Shown one piece after another: positions 1 through 7,341 of a stretch of DNA of 10,931 bases; position 1 is the first letter of the stretch; every line of letters begins with the position of its first letter. This stretch comes from Candidatus Poribacteria bacterium (GTDB lineage: Bacteria > Poribacteria > WGA-4E > UBA9662), in NCBI GenBank assembly GCA_036339735.1, contig JAYZAL010000093.1:1-10931 (forward strand). Direction: 5' to 3'. Under the pieces are notes generated by a model, which worked only from the letters and a program-made list of their open reading frames with translations, had not been told where the DNA came from and searched no databases. Both the position numbers and the translations under genes were made by a program.

Positions 1-218
1 CAATCCTTACGTTTTTTGTGCAGTCAGATATTCAGATCGATCGAGATCAATTTAGTATTGAAATCAGGCAAATTTAAATTAAAGTGAAAAAGTTTCAGAG
101 TTTATCATTTCCCTTTCCTACAGGGAATGAGATCGACCATACTGAATAAAAATATTATCCTTATGATCACTAAATTTGAGACTATAGAAAATATCGGTGT
201 GTGATATAGCCTAACTTT

Positions 219-1088
219 TCACTCTTCCGTAGGACGGGCGTGATTCGACCAGTGATTGCTTCTGTCGCTCCCACTAACTATTACCCCTTCTTGATTCCAT
301 TCAAAATGGCCGCGTACGTCTGGCGTACAATATCGTAAGGTTAGGCCACAACGACGGCGATTAGAACGGTTGAAGTTAGAACTGTGTAGAAGCAAATCAG
401 AATGAATCGAAATCTGTCCAGCATTCAGTTCAACATTAACTGGTGTTCCGTAGTCTTCAGCTCTTTCGACCGTTTGGTTCAGAATGTTGTGTTCATTTGG
501 GTTGCTAATCCGGTATGGCAAATGTCCGTGTAAATGCGACCCCGACAAAAAGCGCATACAACCATTATTCACATCTGCATCATCGATGGCTAACCAAACG
601 GTGATCGTTTTACTGGGTGTCAATGGCCAGTAGGATGCGTCTTGGTGCCATGCCACTATTTTTCCGTCTTGGGGCATTTTGCAAAAATAGTGTGCCCCCC
701 AAGCTACAACGTCTTTTCCCAGAAGATCCTTCACATAGGCCACGATACGAGGATGTGTTAATAAATCATAAGCTGTTTTATACTTGAGATGAGCTGACAA
801 AATTGAGTAGCTACCGCCGCCAGCACCCATCACAGAAGATAACAACTGGTCAAAGTCACTTCGATATAGGTTAATTTCCTCTTGATCAAAGATATTAATA
901 CCAGTCAAATAACCTCTTCGATTGAAGTCGCCAATTTGTTTTTTCTCGAGACGAATTAATTGATGATTCTCACCTGCTGGCCAAAAGGATAAATCTCTTT
1001 TCAATTCAGCCAATTGCTGCTGGCTCGGGATAACCTTATTTTTTTGGTTGGGTAAGGTTTGTAGCCTTTGATCGACTTCTGTTTTCAT
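219..1088 (-). CDS. Phytanoyl-CoA dioxygenase (PhyH) family Fe(II)/2-oxoglutarate-dependent dioxygenase
   Basis: 289 aa. N-terminal 'FNRRGYL', 'CKMP', HxD iron motif 'WHQDASYW' (H148, D150), 'TVWLAIDDADVNNGCMRFLSGSH', distal His in 'LLHSS' (H235) and a 2OG-binding Arg in 'RRRCGL'. Starts 11 nt after the aminotransferase stop codon. Confidence 0.9.
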   Translation of the reverse strand: MKTEVDQRLQTLPNQKNKVIPSQQQLAELKRDLSFWPAGENHQLIRLEKKQIGDFNRRGYLTGINIFDQEEINLYRSDFDQLLSSVMGAGGGSYSILSAHLKYKTAYDLLTHPRIVAYVKDLLGKDVVAWGAHYFCKMPQDGKIVAWHQDASYWPLTPSKTITVWLAIDDADVNNGCMRFLSGSHLHGHLPYRISNPNEHNILNQTVERAEDYGTPVNVELNAGQISIHSDLLLHSSNFNRSNRRRCGLTLRYCTPDVRGHFEWNQEGVIVSGSDRSNHWSNHARPTEE

Positions 1089-1099
1089 ATGACAATAGT

Positions 1100-2281
1100 T
1101 TAGCCAAAAGTTTCATCTGACGCTGACTTAATGGATTGACTCACTTTTTCGATACTTTCGTCGCTCATTTCAGGGTGGATACCAATACAAATTGCCCGAC
1201 CTAGATAATCCAGTGTATTTGGACACATATCGTCCGAGTACTCAATTTCTCCATAAGTCGGATGACTATAAGGTAATCCGTTCGGATGATAAGTATTTTT
1301 GTTTAAGATATACTCCCATCCGGGATAGACATGTTTGTCTCCATTCCCATGTCGATACATTGGTCCTGCTGATACACCATGACGAGCCATTGATTCGCCA
1401 AACTGATTGGCTAAATCAGATGTTGGTAGAAAAAAGACCAAAGTGGTTGCGGCATCTCCTTCCGAGTCATGCAAGTATCTGAGTTCAATTCCTTTTACCC
1501 CATCGATAGCCTGACGTAATTTCTGCTTTCGAATTCTCATATTGTCGATGAATCCGTCTAAACGTTCTAACTGAACGCCAGCGACTGCACCCCTCATTTC
1601 ATCCATTCGAAAATTCATACCAGGGAAGAAGGCGTCTGTATGTGCGGAGACCCCCCAAAGATTACCTCCGTCACTAATCATTTGACTGCGGTCTGCCAAT
1701 CGCTGGTCATCGCTGATTACAATTCCCCCCTCACCTGTTGTGATAATTTTACTTTGTTGCAAGCTAAAGCAGCCGAGATGGCCATGTGTTCCTAATCTTT
1801 TACCATGATAACTAGCTCCAATAGCTTGAGCGACATCTTCGATTATTATCAAGTCGTATTTTTTAGCAATGTCCAGAATTGCCGACATGTTAGATGGAAC
1901 TCCAATCATATGTACTGGCATTATTGCTTTGGTTCTGGGCGTAATTTTAGCCTCGACATCTTTAGGGTCTATGGTCAGCGAGTTGTCAATTTCAGCAATG
2001 ATTGGCACTGCGTTGGCGATTACAACTGAAGCTGGTGTTGCGACCCAAGTATAAGCAGGTACAATCACCTCATCGCCCAAACCAATACCGGCCGCGTAAC
2101 AACCAATGACAAGTGAAGCTGTACCACCATTGGTGGCTAATGCATGTTTTGTGTTAAACTTCTCTCTAATGCCACGCTCAAAGTCGCTTACTGTTGAGTT
2201 GACTGGTCCATAACGACACAAGTTACCGTTTTTCAATACTTCCACGACGGCTTGTTGTTCTTCGACTCCAATATAGTACAT
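1100..2281 (-). CDS. DegT/DnrJ/EryC1/StrS family PLP-dependent (sugar) aminotransferase, KdnA-like in sequence style
   Basis: 393 aa. 'NGGTASL', 'GDEVIVPAYTWVAT', 'ITPRTKAIMPVH', 'IIEDVAQ' (PLP-binding D149), 'FSLQQSKIITTGEGG' (Schiff-base K178), 'GMNFRM'. SD-like GAGGT about 6 nt upstream of the ATG. Confidence 0.93.
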   Translation of the reverse strand: MYYIGVEEQQAVVEVLKNGNLCRYGPVNSTVSDFERGIREKFNTKHALATNGGTASLVIGCYAAGIGLGDEVIVPAYTWVATPASVVIANAVPIIAEIDNSLTIDPKDVEAKITPRTKAIMPVHMIGVPSNMSAILDIAKKYDLIIIEDVAQAIGASYHGKRLGTHGHLGCFSLQQSKIITTGEGGIVISDDQRLADRSQMISDGGNLWGVSAHTDAFFPGMNFRMDEMRGAVAGVQLERLDGFIDNMRIRKQKLRQAIDGVKGIELRYLHDSEGDAATTLVFFLPTSDLANQFGESMARHGVSAGPMYRHGNGDKHVYPGWEYILNKNTYHPNGLPYSHPTYGEIEYSDDMCPNTLDYLGRAICIGIHPEMSDESIEKVSQSIKSASDETFG

Positions 2282-2309
2282 GGATTAACCTCACAAAGTA
2301 TCAATCGAT

Positions 2310-2337
2310 ATTATATGCAGATAAGCAAATTGTGCAA
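2310..2337 (-). promoter_or_regulatory. Candidate sigma70-type promoter for the aminotransferase-dioxygenase pair
   Basis: On the - strand: TTGCAC (2337-2332), a 16-nt spacer and a perfect TATAAT (2315-2310), about 30 nt upstream of the ATG at 2281, inside the 107-nt divergent intergenic region. Confidence 0.45.
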
Positions 2338-2388
2338 GGCCTCGATAAATAGTGCCTTAGGAACGAAACAGAAAATAGGAAAACTATA

Positions 2389-3237
2389 ATGTCAGTAACA
2401 TCCCAGAAGAGTGGTTTGATTATATTTGGTTATGATATAGAAAGTGCATCCTCAGCCACCAGTGGTTTTTTACAAGGAGCCCAGAAACTACATCAAAAAC
2501 ATGATGTGCCATGGACCATCTACCTGACTGGCCAGACACTAGCTGCCCGTGTTGCAGATGTCCAAGTTGTAATAAGTGATCCACTATTGTCAGTTGGTCA
2601 ACATACATACAATCACGTTCTGCTAAAGTCAGTTTATATGAAACCTGATGATGGAAAACCGATCCATGGGCAATTTCCCAATTTTTTCCATTCAGGTGGT
2701 ACACTAGAGCAAATTCAGGAAGAGATAGGAAGTACACAAGACTTGATTAGGAAGCTTTTGGGAATTGAGTGTCAAGGATTAACTGGGCCTTGGGGTTACT
2801 ATCGAGGTTTAGTTGATCGACCAGACATTTTACAAATTTTGTCTGACAATGGGATTCGATGGATTCGTACCAACGCCCGAGATTACCGAGATTGTCAACC
2901 AACACCTTTCAGTGAGCAACCTTTTTTCTATATTGATCAAGGGTTTCCTGACATTTTGGAGCTTGGTGTGCAGGGGTATCAAGACGATTTTTATTGGGAT
3001 AGATTCGACGATCGACAATTTGGAGATACCTATCAAGACTACCTGTTCGCCATGTTAGAGAAAATAGCAAATGAAAATTTGGTCTGGAACGTCTGTTCAC
3101 ATGACCATGGTACTATCGATATGGATAGTTTTTCTCGGACCAAGGGTGATTGGATTGAAATGCTCATCGTTCAGGCCAAATCCTTGGGAATCCAGTTCGC
3201 TACTCCTTCTGACTTGTACGAGCAAATGGCCGCTTAG
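2389..3237 (+). CDS. Polysaccharide deacetylase / CE4 NodB-like metal-dependent amidohydrolase, apparently cytoplasmic
   Basis: 282 aa. Motif-1-like 'IFGYDIE', 'VPWTIYLTG', motif 2 'GQHTYNH' (H-x3-H), 'QIQEEI', motif-3-like 'GLTGPWG', motif-5-like 'CSHDH', C-terminal 'GIQFATPSDL'. No signal peptide. SD-like AGGA at 2377-2380. Confidence 0.8.
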   Translation: MSVTSQKSGLIIFGYDIESASSATSGFLQGAQKLHQKHDVPWTIYLTGQTLAARVADVQVVISDPLLSVGQHTYNHVLLKSVYMKPDDGKPIHGQFPNFFHSGGTLEQIQEEIGSTQDLIRKLLGIECQGLTGPWGYYRGLVDRPDILQILSDNGIRWIRTNARDYRDCQPTPFSEQPFFYIDQGFPDILELGVQGYQDDFYWDRFDDRQFGDTYQDYLFAMLEKIANENLVWNVCSHDHGTIDMDSFSRTKGDWIEMLIVQAKSLGIQFATPSDLYEQMAA

Positions 3238-3258
3238 AATAGAAAGGTAAATCTATAG

Positions 3259-4116
3259 ATGAAACAACTTGGTTGTAGTACACTATTGTATCGTCACTTT
3301 AGTTTAGCTCAAGCGCTTTATGGCATTCGAAAAGCTGGGGGATATGCAGTTGAATTGTGTGGTAGACCGTCAGGCGATAAGCAATTTACCCATTTAGATC
3401 TAAATCTTGATGATGGGTTTGACAATCACTGCAAATCTATCCAAGAGTTGATAGCTCAAAATGGCCTCTGGATCGAGTCAATTGCCATCAATGGTCGACA
3501 GCTTGACCATCCACCATCATTGGAGCGATTGATCATCGCCACTGGATTACTGAACGTACAAATAGTAACAGTCAGTTCCGGAGGTGTAGCTGATAATGAA
3601 AACAGTTTCTCACAGTTTATTGAAAAAATTAATCGAGTTAGTTCTTTGTTATCTGAGTCTAAAGTTCGTTTGTCAATCAAACCTAGAGTAGGTCGATCTA
3701 TCCACGATATGTGCTCGATTCAACGATTAATGACAGAAGTAGATAACCAGTGGGTGGGCATTAATTTTGATCCGACCCATCTTTATCGCTCACAAGTAGA
3801 TCCTGTTCAAGCGTTGAACGATCTAGAACCGTATGTTTTAAATGTGAGAATTAGAGACCACCAACTCAGCCAAGAAGCTAAAGTTGGTCCGGTAGAGACG
3901 CAAATACCGGGCAATGGTGTTTTGGATTTAGCAGGCATTACTAATAAAGTTAAACAACTGCCTAATATAACTACTGTGGTGCTAGAGATTGTTGGGCTAC
4001 ATAAACCTCCTCAGCCATCACTTGAATCTGTACAACACATAGTTTCTAGTTCTTTTAACTACTTGAAGCCACTGCTGTTTGAATACGTTGCTACACCAAT
4101 GACGACCATTATTTGA
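3259..4116 (+). CDS. Sugar phosphate isomerase/epimerase (xylose isomerase-like / AP endonuclease 2 TIM barrel) family protein with atypical active site
   Basis: 285 aa. 'SLAQAL..IRKAG..AVEL', 'VGINFDPTHL', 'VRIRD', 'PGNGVLDL', 'VVLEI'. SD-like GAAAGG upstream. Starts 21 nt after the deacetylase stop codon. Confidence 0.82.
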   Translation: MKQLGCSTLLYRHFSLAQALYGIRKAGGYAVELCGRPSGDKQFTHLDLNLDDGFDNHCKSIQELIAQNGLWIESIAINGRQLDHPPSLERLIIATGLLNVQIVTVSSGGVADNENSFSQFIEKINRVSSLLSESKVRLSIKPRVGRSIHDMCSIQRLMTEVDNQWVGINFDPTHLYRSQVDPVQALNDLEPYVLNVRIRDHQLSQEAKVGPVETQIPGNGVLDLAGITNKVKQLPNITTVVLEIVGLHKPPQPSLESVQHIVSSSFNYLKPLLFEYVATPMTTII

Positions 4117-4150
4117 TCAAAAAATTACGCAAACAAATGGGAAATTGAAA

Positions 4151-5332
4151 TTGAAAATCACAGCTATTGAATCCTACATTGTAGTTGCTCCTGACTTAAG
4201 GGAAGATGCAACTAGTTCTTCTCAAGACAATATTGTAGTTGTTGTTTATACTGACACAGGTATTTTCGGTGTTGGTGAAACTGATACCGGTCCTTGGATT
4301 GCTAAGTCTGTCATTGAGTCTCCTGGCTCACATTCTATGGCGCTTGGTATTAAAGACCTCTTAATAGGTGAAGACCCACTAGAAACTTCTGCGCTTTGGC
4401 ATAAAATGTACGTTGGTACTTGTATGTCCACTCGGCGTGGGGCTGGAATGTGTGCTATCGGTGCAATTGATATGGCTTTATGGGATATCAAGGGTAAAGC
4501 TCTTGGCCAACCTGTTTATAAATTGTTAGGTGGAGCTTACGTCGATAAAATTGTCCCCTATGCTAGTCTTCAACCGCATGGTGATAACGTCAATCAGTAC
4601 CGGGATAGCTTGATTGATTGGCTCAAAAAAGCCAAATCACATGGTTTCCAAGCGGCTAAGTTGGAGTGTACATTGGGAGGACCTTATGCACATACAGGAC
4701 TACAGGGATCGGATGAAGAAATGACAGAGATTGTCACCGCTTGCCGAGAAGCGGTGGGGAAAAATTTTATTCTGATGGTTGATGTCCAGTACTTATGGAG
4801 GGATGCCAAAAGTGCTTTGCGAACCATCCGACATTGGGAAAAGCTAGACCTGTTTTTTTTAGAAACACCCCTGTTAGTTGATAATCTTGAAGGATACGCA
4901 ATTTTATCTAAAGAAGCCCCAATGCGCATTGCTGCCGGTGAATGGCTCAACTCTCGATACGAGTTTTTGGAGTTGATGGATGATGGTTTGATTGATGTGG
5001 CACAACCTGATGTGGGCCGGGTAGGTGGACTGACTGAGGCTATGAGGGTCTGTCACTTGGCTGAAGATCGTGGTCGTTTGATTGTACCTCATTGTTGGAA
5101 TTCAGGTATTGGTATTTCCGCATCAGCTCATTTGGCAACTGCTATTCCTCATTGCCCATTCATTGAATATTTACCACCAAATTTGACTGATTCCCCCTTA
5201 CGAACTGAACTCGCAAATGATGGCTTAACCATGACGAATGGTGTCTTAGAACTACCGGATAAGCCTGGGTTAGGTATTGAGCTGAATTTTGAGGCGCTAG
5301 ATAAATTTAGAGCCAGTGAAATCATTCTCTAG
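4151..5332 (+). CDS. Mandelate racemase/muconate lactonizing enzyme (enolase superfamily, MR subgroup); probable acid-sugar dehydratase
   Basis: 'TDTGIFGVGE', 'AIDMALWDIKGKALGQPVYKLLGG', Mg ligands D213 (MVDVQ), E240 (LETP) and E266 (AGEW), and the His-Asp dyad H316 (VPHCW)/D289 (QPD), numbered from 4145. C-terminal 'PDKPGLGIE'. The second TTG (4151, MKITAIE) is preferred over 4145 because of its spacing from GGGA at 4139-4142. Confidence 0.9.
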   Translation: MKITAIESYIVVAPDLREDATSSSQDNIVVVVYTDTGIFGVGETDTGPWIAKSVIESPGSHSMALGIKDLLIGEDPLETSALWHKMYVGTCMSTRRGAGMCAIGAIDMALWDIKGKALGQPVYKLLGGAYVDKIVPYASLQPHGDNVNQYRDSLIDWLKKAKSHGFQAAKLECTLGGPYAHTGLQGSDEEMTEIVTACREAVGKNFILMVDVQYLWRDAKSALRTIRHWEKLDLFFLETPLLVDNLEGYAILSKEAPMRIAAGEWLNSRYEFLELMDDGLIDVAQPDVGRVGGLTEAMRVCHLAEDRGRLIVPHCWNSGIGISASAHLATAIPHCPFIEYLPPNLTDSPLRTELANDGLTMTNGVLELPDKPGLGIELNFEALDKFRASEIIL

Positions 5333-5352
5333 TTGATTCGGTTTAGCATCAA

Positions 5353-7290
5353 TTGTCTTCTCAGACCCATTCGTCGGTTTCAATTCGGGCCATTTTTCTG
5401 GGGCTGTGTATGGTCCTTTTGGTCTGTGCTATCGTTTCATACGCCGAACTGGTGATTGCCGACATACAAATCGGTTTTTTGCAGTTTCCCCCTGTTGTTA
5501 TTGGATTGTTCTTTTTTTTAGTTCTCGTAAACCAACCGGCATTCATCAAACGTTTTGCACTCACCCCACAAGAATTGATACTTATCTATTGTATGATGGT
5601 AATTGCTTCTATGATTTCATCGCGAGGTCTGATGGAAAAGCTTTTGCCAGCGCTTGTATCCGTAAATTATTTTTCCAACCCGACTAATAATTGGGCTGAA
5701 CTTTTTTTTCCCCATATCCGTCCTTGGATGGTACCTTTCGACACGCAAATTCTGGGGCCTCAATCTATCAGTATTGATTTTTATCACCAAATTAGTGATA
5801 CCGATTCGATCGCCTGGGGGAAGTGGTTACGGCCAATGCTAGTATGGGGGGGATTGACTGTACTAATTTTTGGGGCTTATTTGTGTTTAGCTATCATCCT
5901 ACGTCGTCAATGGATTGAAAACGAAAAACTTACTTTCCCTTTGACTCAACTTCCAGTTGAGTTCGTCGATTCCAAAAGTAGTTTTTTTTTTCAACCCTAC
6001 GTCTGGATTGGAGTTGCTTTACCAACAATTGTTTTTAGTCTCAATGGCTTAAACCAGATCTTTCCGCAAATACCAAGTATCCCTCTTCGACATTCACTTA
6101 ATACCTACTTTACAGAAAAACCATGGCAAGCAATTTCTTATACTCCACTATTTGTATCTTTCGCAGCCACTGGTTTTTTCTATCTTTTACCAAGCCAACT
6201 TCTATTCAGCCTTTGGTTCTTTTTTTTGTTCACTCGATTACAAGATGTTATCGCGTCTGTTTTTGGCCTACGTGTTAGTAGCATGCCTCTCTACCCTACT
6301 CATCTACACATGGGCTACCAAGTAATGGGATCATACTGTGTCTTGGTTATCACTTATATATATACTGGTTTGCCATATCTGAGACAAGTTTTGGGTGCTC
6401 AATTACTTAAACAAAATCGTAGTTCTGATAACTCGATAACTTTTGCTTTTTGGGGGTTGACACTTAGTTTGTTGGGAGCTGTGATTTGGTTGGTGTGGGC
6501 GGGAATGAGCCCTCTATTGGCTATATTAGAAATTGGCGTAGTTGTTGGTTTAGTATCTATTGTGATGGCCCGAAGTACAGCTGAAGCCGGTATGTTAATG
6601 ACTGAAACCTCTTTCCGTCCTATTGATTTTTATCAGTTGTTTTCAACAAAATCTTCATTGGGTGCCAAAAATCTGACGGTTCTCAGTTTCTTCGATACCA
6701 TCTTTGCACGTGATTTTAGAGGATTAGTCTTGACAGGATTTTTAGATGGCTTGAAGATTAGTCGTAACGTAAGGCTTAACCAGTCCTGGTTATTAATTGC
6801 TCTTGGCTTAACCATCTTGACCGCGTTTTGTTTTGGAGCTATGATTCAAATTTACCTGCCATATAAATTTGGCGGGAATTATATGTATTCCTATGCCTAT
6901 TCTGGTAACTCAATCTGGGCTTTTCGAGACGCAGTACCAAGTATTGAGGGATTTGATAGTAAATATAATATGACGGGCCTGATCTTTTTCATCCTTGGAT
7001 CAGTAATTACTAGTGTCTTAGTATTTTGTCGGTACTTGTATTGGTGGTGGCCACTCCAGCCTCTCGGCTATGCCCTCTCTGCTTCATGGACACTGATTGT
7101 TTTTTGGTTACCGATCCTGCTCGCATGGTTACTGAAATCGTCTGTTTTACGCATCGGTGGGATTCAGAAGTATCGACAATTTCGCCCTTTTTTTATGGGA
7201 TTAGTCTTGGGAGAATTTAGTATGGCTATCGTTTGGACTGCTATCAGCTATTTTTTGCGGGTTCCTGCACCTTTCTTCCCATGGCCCTAA
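5353..7290 (+). CDS. Polytopic membrane protein, DUF6785/DUF6784-like; putative transporter
   Basis: 645 aa with many hydrophobic segments. Signature blocks recalled for this family: 'LTPQELILIYCMM', 'W..WLRP...W', 'LRRQWIENEKLTFPL', 'WWWPLQPLGY', 'AWLLK...LRIGG...YRQFRPFFMGLVLGE'. TTG start with no clear SD, so the start is uncertain. Confidence 0.75.
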   Translation: MSSQTHSSVSIRAIFLGLCMVLLVCAIVSYAELVIADIQIGFLQFPPVVIGLFFFLVLVNQPAFIKRFALTPQELILIYCMMVIASMISSRGLMEKLLPALVSVNYFSNPTNNWAELFFPHIRPWMVPFDTQILGPQSISIDFYHQISDTDSIAWGKWLRPMLVWGGLTVLIFGAYLCLAIILRRQWIENEKLTFPLTQLPVEFVDSKSSFFFQPYVWIGVALPTIVFSLNGLNQIFPQIPSIPLRHSLNTYFTEKPWQAISYTPLFVSFAATGFFYLLPSQLLFSLWFFFLFTRLQDVIASVFGLRVSSMPLYPTHLHMGYQVMGSYCVLVITYIYTGLPYLRQVLGAQLLKQNRSSDNSITFAFWGLTLSLLGAVIWLVWAGMSPLLAILEIGVVVGLVSIVMARSTAEAGMLMTETSFRPIDFYQLFSTKSSLGAKNLTVLSFFDTIFARDFRGLVLTGFLDGLKISRNVRLNQSWLLIALGLTILTAFCFGAMIQIYLPYKFGGNYMYSYAYSGNSIWAFRDAVPSIEGFDSKYNMTGLIFFILGSVITSVLVFCRYLYWWWPLQPLGYALSASWTLIVFWLPILLAWLLKSSVLRIGGIQKYRQFRPFFMGLVLGEFSMAIVWTAISYFLRVPAPFFPWP

Positions 7291-7304
7291 ATAGGTTATT
7301 TAGA

Positions 7305-7341
7305 TTGAAAAATAGTTGATCGACCACTTATAGTTATAATC
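7305..7341 (+). promoter_or_regulatory. Candidate promoter yielding a leaderless pyrK mRNA
   Basis: TTGAAA (7305-7310), 18 nt, TATAGT (7329-7334), 7 nt, ATG (7342). No SD upstream of the ATG. Confidence 0.45.

Noticed and set aside
105..130. Imperfect hairpin TCATTTCCCT...AGGGAATGA as a terminator
   Set aside because: The stem is bulged and there is no adjacent U-tract on either strand, so it is too weak to call.
1..218. Possible small gene or RNA downstream of the dioxygenase; purine-rich AGGAAAGGGA followed by ATG on the - strand
   Set aside because: That ORF is only 9 codons (MINSETFSL), and I saw no recognisable RNA motif. An SD-like AAGGA at the window edge may belong to a gene outside the window but cannot be verified.
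639..647. Dioxygenase as a SyrB2-type halogenase
   Set aside because: The motif is H-Q-D. Halogenases of this class replace the Asp with Ala or Gly.
1100..2281. Assigning the symbol kdnA or calling an O-antigen/LPS locus
   Set aside because: The resemblance is by eye only, and there is no kdnB, glycosyltransferase or nucleotide-sugar gene in the window.
2385..2390. Perfect TATAAT overlapping the deacetylase ATG, and another at 7335-7340
   Set aside because: Both are too close to the start codon (overlapping it, or 1 nt away) to serve as the -10 element for that gene.
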